Shown here piece after piece: positions 1 to 7,376 of a stretch of 11,268 nt of DNA; position 1 is the first letter of the stretch, and each line of letters begins with the position of its first letter. Source of the DNA: an uncultured Myxococcales bacterium (GTDB taxonomy: Bacteria > Myxococcota > UBA4151). The notes under the pieces are model-generated. The model made no database searches. It worked only from the letters and a program-made list of their open reading frames with translations, and had not been told where the DNA came from. The position numbers and the translations under genes are program-made. Location: the NCBI GenBank assembly GCA_964013405.1, contig CAXGWI010000116.1, positions 1-11,268 on the forward strand, given 5' to 3'.

Positions 1-647
1 GTCCGGGTTACTGCCCATGACCACATTGTAAAGATATCCACCCGTGCCTTGACCTGAACGTCTTCGCTGACATTGAGAGTCGGCTCGAGGCGCCAGCGCA
101 GGTTGCCGCTTTTTAGGGTGGAGGGAGCCCCATTGGCGTCGTTCGGGTCGTGGAAGAAGTCCGGGGGCACCGAGGAACTCCCCATCCAACCGCTGAAGGT
201 ATCTTCGGTGATCTCAGCGGTGCCCAAGTCGAGCCCTCGCATGTAGTCCATCCGGGTCCGAAAGGTGCCCTTGAGCTCAAAGGTCTTCAGGGCCGGCTTC
301 ACGGCCTCTTGAATCACACGCTCTTCCCAGTCGGCCGGGACCCCCGGCCCCGCGGATTGCCCTGCCTTCTGTTCTTCGAGCAACTCCAGTTTGAACATCT
401 GCAGTCGCCGCTCCAGAGCGATCGTGTCTACCGCAGCTCCACTGCTGGCCGGAGCGGCTTCCGCTGCTGCCTCCGCCGCACCTTCCGCCGGTTCGGCCTC
501 GGCTTCGGCAGGGGCTTCGCCAGCCCCATCGCCCTCAGCTTCAGCCTCGGCAGCAGCTGCAGGAGCTTCTGCGGGGGCCTCCCCCTCTTGGGCCATCGCG
601 ACACTGGCCCCAAACAGGACCATCAACACACTCGACTTTACTCTCAT
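1..647 (-). CDS. Secreted / probable outer-membrane protein resembling the myxobacterial TIGR04551 family (5' part only, runs off the window; apparent frameshift near nt 29-30)
   Basis: Not in the ORF track because it is truncated. ATG at 647 has GGAG 7 nt upstream. Manual translation: MRVKSSVLMVLFGASVAMAQ (Sec signal ending AMA/Q), an Ala/Glu/Pro-rich linker, then FELKGTFRTRMDYMRGLDLG...SGNLRWRLEPTLNVSEDVQVKARVDIF. This matches my recollection of the TIGR04551 N-terminal motifs (F-x-L-x-G-Y-F-R ... N-M-R-x-R-L-E-P-T-L-N-V-S-E ... D-x-x-D-N-x-V-x-G-S). Confidence 0.7.
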   Translation of the reverse strand, partial: MRVKSSVLMVLFGASVAMAQEGEAPAEAPAAAAEAEAEGDGAGEAPAEAEAEPAEGAAEAAAEAAPASSGAAVDTIALERRLQMFKLELLEEQKAGQSAGPGVPADWEERVIQEAVKPALKTFELKGTFRTRMDYMRGLDLGTAEITEDTFSGWMGSSSVPPDFFHDPNDANGAPSTLKSGNLRWRLEPTLNVSEDVQVKARVDIFTMWSWAVTR

Positions 648-651
648 CGAA

Positions 652-1059
652 TCACTCCGAAGGGGCCGGTTCGGCCAGCTCCAGGAGCACACCACCAGTG
701 GCCTTCGGATGCACAAAAGCGATGCGCATGCCGTGGGCACCCTGCCGGGGGCTCTCGTCGATCAACTGAACACCGGCGCGCTTTAACTGCGCCAGCAGCG
801 AATCCAGGTCTTCGACCCGGAGGCAGATATGGTGAATTCCGGGCCCTCGTCGCTCAAGGAAGCGACCGACAGGCCCAGGGGCTTCGCTCAGGGGCTCCAG
901 CAACTCCACGCGGGCTTCCCCGGCGGGGAGAAAGCTGACGGTGACCCCTTGCTCTTCGACTCGCTCCCGACCCTCAAGGTGCAGACCGAGATCGGCCCCC
1001 CAGAAGGCTTCGGCTGTCTCGAGATTCTCGACCGCAATCCCGATGTGGTCCAGCCTCAC
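652..1059 (-). CDS. mce: Methylmalonyl-CoA epimerase (VOC/glyoxalase superfamily)
   Basis: 135 aa with LDHIGIAV, VELLEP, FLERRGPGIHHICLRV and IAFVHPKATGGVLLEL motifs. The GTG start overlaps the upstream stop (GTGA), with GAGG upstream. Confidence 0.9.
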   Translation of the reverse strand: MRLDHIGIAVENLETAEAFWGADLGLHLEGRERVEEQGVTVSFLPAGEARVELLEPLSEAPGPVGRFLERRGPGIHHICLRVEDLDSLLAQLKRAGVQLIDESPRQGAHGMRIAFVHPKATGGVLLELAEPAPSE

Positions 1060-1928
1060 TGGGAGCCCTCAGAGACCCTGACGACCCGAGCGACCACCGA
1101 GACCTCGACTGGCACCTCCATAGGCAACAGGAAGTCGACTGCGAGGTGGTCCCCCTTCGCCACCGGACAGGTCTGGCTGCCCATGGCTGGAAACTGACCG
1201 GAGACATGGGAGACCGCGTGGCTCTCCTGGGGACGGTCGCCGTCTCGCCGGCGGGCCCGCTCCAACTGGAAGTTGTAGCGTACGATCGCTTCTTGCTGGG
1301 CTGGGTTGATGGCGGAAAAGGCCACGGCCACCTGATACTCGGTGCCGGCCATCGGAATCACCAAACCACTACCCGAGAGGTCACACAGGCCCTCTTCATA
1401 GCCGTCGGAACCCTCGATGTTCTGATTGGACTGGGCCAGCAACTTGCGCAGCAAGTCTTCGATGACATCGAGACGTCGCTCCATGTAGTCGCCCAACTGC
1501 GTCTTGGGGGCGATGGCTGCCTCGATGCTGCGGGTCGCGCCACGGGCCGAGCCACTGGCATCGCGAACTTTGATTTCGAGGGGAGCAACTTCCTCGGCAG
1601 CCAAACGGCGCCAACGGAACTTCAGGACTGAACGAACCCGGGCGAAGCGTCGGTTCCCCCGACCATCGCTGGCTTCGCCACGGAGGACGAGATTGGCTGT
1701 ACCGCCCTCGCCGGAAAGAAAGATCGCCCGGCGCCGAATATCGCGGCCGATAATCGTGAACTCATCGCCCCGTTGGTAGACGCCGTCATGGTCGAGATCC
1801 CAACTGATCCGGACCAGGTCCTCTCGAGAAGCGAGGACTCGGCCGGGGATCTGGTCACCACTGCCACCATCGGCGAGCCGAGGCACGACGACGAGACGAG
1901 AACCGACCTGGGGGATCTGATCTGACAA
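1056..1928 (-). CDS. PilZ-domain (c-di-GMP receptor-like) protein with N-terminal YcgR-like beta domain and helical insert; C-terminal blocks in non-canonical order
   Basis: RxxxR motif (RRFAR, 1638-1652) and DxSxxG motif (DLSGSG, 1365-1382), separated by a helical insert (ERRLDVIEDLLRKLL). PilZ-type segments YQVAVAF..QEAIVRYNFQLER and PVAKGDHLAVDFLLP..VVARVVRV are both present. TTG start with GGGAG 6 nt upstream. Confidence 0.75.
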   Translation of the reverse strand: MSDQIPQVGSRLVVVPRLADGGSGDQIPGRVLASREDLVRISWDLDHDGVYQRGDEFTIIGRDIRRRAIFLSGEGGTANLVLRGEASDGRGNRRFARVRSVLKFRWRRLAAEEVAPLEIKVRDASGSARGATRSIEAAIAPKTQLGDYMERRLDVIEDLLRKLLAQSNQNIEGSDGYEEGLCDLSGSGLVIPMAGTEYQVAVAFSAINPAQQEAIVRYNFQLERARRRDGDRPQESHAVSHVSGQFPAMGSQTCPVAKGDHLAVDFLLPMEVPVEVSVVARVVRVSEGSQ

Positions 1929-1989
1929 GAAAGACTCCCTATACGCCTCTGTGGGGGATGAACCATCGGGCCGTTTTACTCAAGCCCTT

Positions 1990-3123
1990 TCAGGGCTCCA
2001 CCAAGGACAGAAGTTTGCGCACCACCTCGTCTTGTTGCGCAAAAGTCAGTCCCTCGAAGAGGGGCAACGTCAATTGGCGAGCGCAGTAGGACTCGGATTT
2101 CTCAAGATTCAAAAAGGGTCCAAAGGACGCAAAGGTCGGCTGTAAATGGGCCGCAGGGTAGTGATTTGCAGCACCGATACCTGCGGCATGTAAACCTTCG
2201 AGGATCGACCATCTTTGGCCGGCCGGAACCAAGACGCTGGCCAAATGCCATGCGCTCTCAGTCTGCGCGGCCGGTGCCACCCAGTGCACTGCCGCAACGG
2301 AGGCAAAGGCTGCTTCATAGCGCTGGGCAAGAGCTCGGCGCTCGGCAACCTTGGCATCGAGGCGGCCCAACTGGGCCTGCCCCAAGGCTGCGTGCAGGTC
2401 GCTGAGGCGATGATTAAAGCCGAGATCTGTCACCTGGTATTCGGCCGGTCGGTCCGGGTTGCGAACCATGGCGTGACTCCGGAGGTGCCTGAGTCGCTCA
2501 GCGTGGACCGCCTGGCCCACGGCGACGCCCCCCCCTTCGCCGGCCGCAACCAACTTCACCGGATGAAAACTAAAGGTCGTCGCCAACAGGCCGGGGCGAT
2601 CGGCTCCCAGCGGCTTACCATCGGCGTCCCTCGCCCCCAGGCTGTGGGCTGCGTCTCGGATCAAAGGAATGCCGCGGGGCCGCAATAGCTCGAGGTAGCT
2701 TTCGACCGGTGCTGGATGGCCGTTCAAATCCACAGCCACCACCGCGGCAACGACCGCACCCGCATCATCGGCCGCCGCAAGCGTCCGGGACAATGCCTCG
2801 GTGCAAAGCAGCCCCGTCTCCGGATCACAGTCGACAAAAACCGGCCGGTAACCACAGTAGCGGGCTGCTTGGGCCGAAGCGACGAAGGTGCAGGGGGGCA
2901 CCAGCCACCAGGCCCCGGAAGGCGCCGTGATCAACTCGCCGGCCAACTGCAGGGCGGATGTCCCGGTTGAACAGGCCACCACGTGACTGGCCTGGGTGTG
3001 TTGCTGGAGGCAATCTTCAAAGGCAGCGACGGCCGGACCACCGGTCAGCCAGCCGGACTCCAACACCTCAAGGAGGGCCTTTTGGTCCTCCGGCAAGAGG
3101 CGATGACGACCGTAGGGGATCAC
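1990..3123 (-). CDS. pseC: UDP-4-amino-4,6-dideoxy-N-acetyl-beta-L-altrosamine transaminase (DegT/DnrJ family PLP aminotransferase)
   Basis: Starts MIPYGRH and carries WLTGGP, DAAHSLG, FSFHPVK (PLP lysine), GEGG and LGFNHRLSD motifs. Coupled to pseB by a GTGA overlap. Confidence 0.85.
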   Translation of the reverse strand: MIPYGRHRLLPEDQKALLEVLESGWLTGGPAVAAFEDCLQQHTQASHVVACSTGTSALQLAGELITAPSGAWWLVPPCTFVASAQAARYCGYRPVFVDCDPETGLLCTEALSRTLAAADDAGAVVAAVVAVDLNGHPAPVESYLELLRPRGIPLIRDAAHSLGARDADGKPLGADRPGLLATTFSFHPVKLVAAGEGGGVAVGQAVHAERLRHLRSHAMVRNPDRPAEYQVTDLGFNHRLSDLHAALGQAQLGRLDAKVAERRALAQRYEAAFASVAAVHWVAPAAQTESAWHLASVLVPAGQRWSILEGLHAAGIGAANHYPAAHLQPTFASFGPFLNLEKSESYCARQLTLPLFEGLTFAQQDEVVRKLLSLVEP

Positions 3124-4088
3124 AGCCCGGCAAGACCCCGGAGCTCGTCGATGCTCAACCAGAGGTCATTGATCTCTGAACTGTAGCGGAAGCCCTCGGG
3201 AACGGGCTCGCCCGCGAGATCGCTGGAGTGGTACCAGGGAAAATCAGGATAGATGATGTAGTAATCACCTCGGTCTCGCGTTTGACGGGCGTCATCTTCC
3301 GTAATCATGCATTCGTGGAGTTTCTCGCCGGGCCGGATTCCGGTGATCGTTCGCTCCTGTCCTGGACAGATCGCATCCGCTAAATCCGTGACAAGCATGG
3401 ATGGAATCTTGGGCACGAAGATCTCGCCCCCAATCCCCTCGTCAAACGCGTGCAGCACCAATTGAACAGCCTCGTCCAATGTGATCCAAAACCGAGTCAT
3501 ACGCTCGTCGGTGATGGTGACCGTGCCACCGGTCTCTCGAATCCGCTTAAAGACCGGGACGACACTACCCCGAGAACCACTGACATTTCCGTAACGAACC
3601 ACCACAAATCGGGTACCTGCGCCGCCGGCGTAGGCATTTCCCGAAACAAAGAGCTTGTCGCTGCAGAGCTTGGTCGCACCATAGAGATTGATGGGATTCA
3701 CTGCCTTGTCGGTGGAGAGTGCGACGATTTTTTGCACCTTTGAGTCGAGGGCTGCCTCAATCACATTGTAGGCGCCATGGACATTCGTTTTGATGCACTC
3801 AAAAGGGTTATACTCAGCCGCTGGCACCTGTTTGAGGGCGGCGGCGTGCACCACATAGTCAACATCTGCGAAAGCGCGCTGAAGTCGGGCTAAGTCCCGC
3901 ACATCGCCAATGAAGAACCTTAGACGGGGGTCGTCATCAAACTCCCCCCGCATCTCGTGTTGCTTTAGCTCATCCCGGCTATAGATAATCACACGGCGTA
4001 ATTCGGTATGACCCAAGAGATAGCGCGCAAAGTGGCGGCCAAAACTTCCGGTTCCACCGGTGATCAATAAGGATTTTCCTTTAAACAT
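3120..4088 (-). CDS. pseB: UDP-N-acetylglucosamine 4,6-dehydratase (inverting)
   Basis: TGGTGSFG, YSRDELKQ, HAAALKQVPAAEYNPFECIKTN, ALSTDKAVNPINLYGATKL, RYGNVSGSRGSVVP, MTRFWIT and GIRPGEKLHE motifs; 322 aa. Confidence 0.95.
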   Translation of the reverse strand: MFKGKSLLITGGTGSFGRHFARYLLGHTELRRVIIYSRDELKQHEMRGEFDDDPRLRFFIGDVRDLARLQRAFADVDYVVHAAALKQVPAAEYNPFECIKTNVHGAYNVIEAALDSKVQKIVALSTDKAVNPINLYGATKLCSDKLFVSGNAYAGGAGTRFVVVRYGNVSGSRGSVVPVFKRIRETGGTVTITDERMTRFWITLDEAVQLVLHAFDEGIGGEIFVPKIPSMLVTDLADAICPGQERTITGIRPGEKLHECMITEDDARQTRDRGDYYIIYPDFPWYHSSDLAGEPVPEGFRYSSEINDLWLSIDELRGLAGL

Positions 4089-6549
4089 TGCGCTCGTCCG
4101 ACGGTTCTACAGGTAGGGAGTCCAGCAACTGCTGATAAAGGGGTCGCAACTCTTGGGCACCGTAGTGAATTGCCGCAAGAAACTGAAGGTAGTGGGATAA
4201 ATTGTGGCGCATTGCCGCTTCGCTCCCCTCCTCAAGGTACTTCGACTCACGCTCTCTCCGCATCGACAACTCATGCTGGGGCCCTAGCCAGCCCACCTCA
4301 AAAACCAGATCTTTTTTGAGGATCTCATTGGCTGCTTTCGCAATACGTGCGGCGCTCCGCCCCTTCGAACGCATCTTTCGAATATTCCCAGCTCGTAATG
4401 CGTCGGCTGCGGACTTTGCGAGACGCCCAGCCTCAAAGGCAGAAACTTCGGCCACTTGAAGGTCGTTCAGCGCATCGAAAACCTTCTCACTGACCACAGC
4501 CCAGTCGGGGGCCTCAAGCTCACCTGGTAGCGCCTCAATGCCCGTCGGCGGTGACGGTCTATCTGGGAAATCTTGGATTTCCTCGACCACCTCAGCCAAT
4601 GTCATTTGCTCCACCGATTCGACCTTAGCCCCCCCCTCCGTTGCATTGATACAACGAATTTCGGTGAAAGGGGGCTCCTTGAAGATCAGGTTATATTGAT
4701 CGCGAAACACGTTGTAAGTCGGCAGGGTCTGCACCTTGCCGCCGTAGTACCCCTCAACCTCGACAAGCCCCTGACCGCTGGTCCATCCTTTGCAGCCCTC
4801 GGCGTACTGCTTGCCATCCTCAAGAGCGAGATCAAGGCCGACGAGGACAATAGGGTCACAGCCCATTTGCATCAGGGCCCAAAGAGCCACCTGGGTACAA
4901 GAGGATGCCATGATACTAGGGGTCACTGGCTCCTCGGGTCGAAGCCACTTGCCGACAGTGCCATCGTGAATCACCCAAAACTGTTTCACAGGGCGCCCAA
5001 TCGTATCTGGTGCCGTATTTTCAGACACAAGAATCGATGTTCCTTCGACCCGTACACCATCAAAATGGGGTTCCAAGGGATAGGCTTCGACACAAACCGT
5101 CAAATCAGGGTCGATCCCCATTTCGGTCAGTCGTCGCAGCACGTGGCTAACTCCACACACAACACCCTTTTTTGCGAACTCCGGTATCAGATGAATGTTC
5201 TTTCTCAGACTCGGCCCCGGGGCCACCATGATCCCCGGCATGCCCTTGAATCGATCCTTCAAAAGATGACAGTCGGGTTCGCCTAGAAGACGAGTCACAT
5301 TTTCTAGACCCGTTTTTGTCCACTCTCGAGACCGACTAAAGCCCGTATAGGACTCAGCACTTCGAGCCATATGCGTGTGGAAGACTTCCTCGTGAAGTTC
5401 GACCCCCAGCACGGGGTCGACTTGGAGCATCGTCGGTGAACTCAGCCGACGCACGCGGTCCTCTAAAATCAGCAAAGACCGCAAGCCCCAGCGAGTTGCG
5501 CTCAGGGTTGTCGAGATGATGACATTCTCGAGGGTACGAATGTTGCGGATATCGACACAGTGTAGCTCGCAAGCGAAGGCTGCCAGGTCATGGCGGGGCA
5601 GAAAGATGGGTCTGTCTTTCCGCTCCTTCATCAACTGTGCGATGGCCAAATCCGCAGGCACTCCCCAACTGAGGGCAACATCCCAAAATGCCTGTTCTGG
5701 ATCATCGTCCTTGAAGATTAAGTCCGGCCGGTCGGCCCGGTGCTTCAAAGCCAAGCTATCGGTGTCTGCCCGTGGCCTCAAACCACTCCACTGCCGAAAG
5801 CCATTGATCAGCGGCACACGATGACCGTTGGCTAATTCGGAGACCTGGTATCGGTCTTCGTCTCGGGCATCCCATGCGGCCGTGATATCTGCGATGACGC
5901 CAGGGAAGCGCTCACCAAGGGCTTCTAGATTCGCTTGGAACGTCTCATCTGGGCCCAGGTCGATTAATGGGGCTTCGGTTTCAAGCTCCTCAAACTCGGC
6001 CTCGGGGTCGAGAAGGCAAATTGTAAAGGAGAGTGCCAAAGACCATTCTTGCCGAAGTACATCGGCCAAAAGCAAGAAATCCCGGGAAATGATCGCTTGC
6101 TCAGCAAGGTGACGCCCCCCCGTGACCACCTCAAAAGTCGTGGCGAGCACACCATGGTCCAACACGCTGCCCGCCACATCATCGGCAGCAAAGGACTTGC
6201 TGGCTTCGATAAGGTCAGCGAGGACCTGAGACACAAGGTTGAACTGCTGCTCTAACACGTCCACGGGATCAACCGACTCGGCCACGACGACAAGCCCCTG
6301 AATGCATTGCTGGAGCCGATCGCGCTCCTTGCGAAGCAACGCTGCATTTCGGTGACACCAGCCACTCAGAGTGCATAGCTCAAGCTGGCTGGCCCCTGTG
6401 AATTTTGATTCATCGAGGTCGGTCAGATCCAGTTCATTGCCGTCAAGGCTGCACCAAACCACCTCTTCGAGGCGGTCACCTAGCAACGCTTCCAAGGTAG
6501 ATAATGTGCTGGCCTCACCAAGCAACTGATCATCAAGCCTGATTTCCAT
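4081..6549 (-). CDS. maf: Maf-family (motility-associated factor, DUF115/MptE-like) flagellin glycosyltransferase with extra N-terminal domain
   Basis: FQANLEAL..FP Maf N-terminal segment, GIMVAPGPSLRKNI, GIDPDLTVCVE, MGCDPIVLVGLDLA, and CINATEGGAKV. I prefer ATG 6549 (GGAG 7 nt upstream, downstream of the sigma54-like site) over the TTG at 6564. Overlaps pseB by 8 nt. Confidence 0.85.
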   Translation of the reverse strand: MEIRLDDQLLGEASTLSTLEALLGDRLEEVVWCSLDGNELDLTDLDESKFTGASQLELCTLSGWCHRNAALLRKERDRLQQCIQGLVVVAESVDPVDVLEQQFNLVSQVLADLIEASKSFAADDVAGSVLDHGVLATTFEVVTGGRHLAEQAIISRDFLLLADVLRQEWSLALSFTICLLDPEAEFEELETEAPLIDLGPDETFQANLEALGERFPGVIADITAAWDARDEDRYQVSELANGHRVPLINGFRQWSGLRPRADTDSLALKHRADRPDLIFKDDDPEQAFWDVALSWGVPADLAIAQLMKERKDRPIFLPRHDLAAFACELHCVDIRNIRTLENVIISTTLSATRWGLRSLLILEDRVRRLSSPTMLQVDPVLGVELHEEVFHTHMARSAESYTGFSRSREWTKTGLENVTRLLGEPDCHLLKDRFKGMPGIMVAPGPSLRKNIHLIPEFAKKGVVCGVSHVLRRLTEMGIDPDLTVCVEAYPLEPHFDGVRVEGTSILVSENTAPDTIGRPVKQFWVIHDGTVGKWLRPEEPVTPSIMASSCTQVALWALMQMGCDPIVLVGLDLALEDGKQYAEGCKGWTSGQGLVEVEGYYGGKVQTLPTYNVFRDQYNLIFKEPPFTEIRCINATEGGAKVESVEQMTLAEVVEEIQDFPDRPSPPTGIEALPGELEAPDWAVVSEKVFDALNDLQVAEVSAFEAGRLAKSAADALRAGNIRKMRSKGRSAARIAKAANEILKKDLVFEVGWLGPQHELSMRRERESKYLEEGSEAAMRHNLSHYLQFLAAIHYGAQELRPLYQQLLDSLPVEPSDERNV

Positions 6550-6573
6550 ACCCCGCTCCGTCAAATTCGTGAA

Positions 6574-6590
6574 TGCAAGCTCCAGGCCAG
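6574..6590 (-). promoter_or_regulatory. Putative sigma54 (-24/-12) promoter for maf-pseB-pseC
   Basis: The minus strand reads CTGGC-CTGGAGC-TTGCA, i.e. YTGGC-N7-TTGCW with exact GG-N10-GC spacing, in the fliT-maf intergenic gap about 25 nt upstream of the maf ATG. Confidence 0.6.
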
Positions 6591-6604
6591 CAAAACCTGA
6601 GCGT

Positions 6605-6874
6605 CTATCTGTCCTGCCTGCCGTATTTTTCGATATCTTGCATCCGCTGCACTGCGCCGACCAAGGTTCTTTGCTTTTGGCGAATCAGCGTTTGGCAACG
6701 GGCATCGCTTGCAGTGACCTGCTCCCGGAACTCTGGCGTCATGCCAGAGAGATCTCCTGATTCGATCAATCGGCCACGCTCGGCAAAAAGATCTTCAGCG
6801 AGCTCCCAATGATCGCCCTCGATGGCTTTTTCTAGCTCTTCACATAGCTTGAGGAATCGTTCAGTGCTGGACAT
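6605..6874 (-). CDS. fliT: FliT-like flagellar chaperone
   Basis: About 89 aa helical protein: LEKAIEGDHWELAEDLFAERGRLIE...REQVTASDARC...KY, the W..L...R..LI and D pattern typical of FliT. It lies downstream of flaG. ATG 6874 chosen because the longer start (6916) lies inside the terminator hairpin. No clear SD. Confidence 0.55.
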   Translation of the reverse strand: MSSTERFLKLCEELEKAIEGDHWELAEDLFAERGRLIESGDLSGMTPEFREQVTASDARCQTLIRQKQRTLVGAVQRMQDIEKYGRQDR

Positions 6875-6889
6875 GATCTGAGGATGACC

Positions 6890-6933
6890 AAAAAAAGAGA
6901 GAGCCACAAGGGACAATGCCCCTTGTGGTTCTC
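6890..6933 (-). terminator. Rho-independent terminator after flaG
   Basis: Minus strand GAGAACCACAAGGGGC-ATT-GTCCCTTGTGGCTCTC (16-bp stem with one mismatch and one G-U pair) followed by TCTTTTTTT. Confidence 0.8.
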
Positions 6934-6948
6934 CCCGTTTTGGCCGAG

Positions 6949-7341
6949 CTAGGCCTGCTGGTCCAGAATCAGACCTCGACCCTCAGCGAGGTTCTTCCGC
7001 AGCACCAACCATTCACGGGCTGGAATCTGACGGATGAGCTCCCCACTGTCGGCATCGTGCACCCGCACGATCGCCGGGTCGATACCCTCTTGAGGCTCCA
7101 TTTCCATCTCAACGCCGAAGCGTCGAAACTCCTGGTTGAGTTGCTGCAGTTCCTCCCGGATCTGCGCCAACTGCTCCTCCCCTAGAGGTTTCTGAACTTT
7201 CTCTACCACGGGGGATGCCGGCTCCGGCCTTCCGCTTTGGCTCGCCTCGGCGGTCGGCCCGGGGCGGACAGAGTCCCTCCCCGAACCGCCCACGCGAGTT
7301 GGGCTTAGGGGTCGACGCACTGGACTGGTTGGATCAACCAT
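6949..7341 (-). CDS. flaG: Flagellar protein FlaG
   Basis: C-terminal FlaG signature IVRVHDADSGELIRQIP..EWL...GLILDQQA, directly after a flagellin. Start is ATG 7341 or TTG 7347, with GGAG at 7352-7355. Confidence 0.85.
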   Translation of the reverse strand: MVDPTSPVRRPLSPTRVGGSGRDSVRPGPTAEASQSGRPEPASPVVEKVQKPLGEEQLAQIREELQQLNQEFRRFGVEMEMEPQEGIDPAIVRVHDADSGELIRQIPAREWLVLRKNLAEGRGLILDQQA

Positions 7342-7376
7342 GATCAAGCATCTCCATTATCCACGTAGCCGCTGGG

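Noticed and set aside
150..938. Plus-strand ORFs 150..938 and 391..786
   Set aside because: Antisense shadows of mce and the Ala/Glu-rich secreted protein. The Ala/Ser-rich translation simply mirrors the minus-strand low-complexity linker.
1929..1995. Possible sigma28 or sigma70 promoter before the PilZ gene (CCCGATGG; TTGAGT)
   Set aside because: No correctly spaced partner element of adequate quality.
4202..6255. Several plus-strand ORFs (e.g. 4573..5286) inside maf
   Set aside because: Fully antisense to a well-supported gene, with no recognisable motifs.
6875..6916. N-terminal extension MSLVALSFFGHPQI of the FliT-like ORF
   Set aside because: It is encoded by the terminator stem and U-tract, so it is likely not translated.
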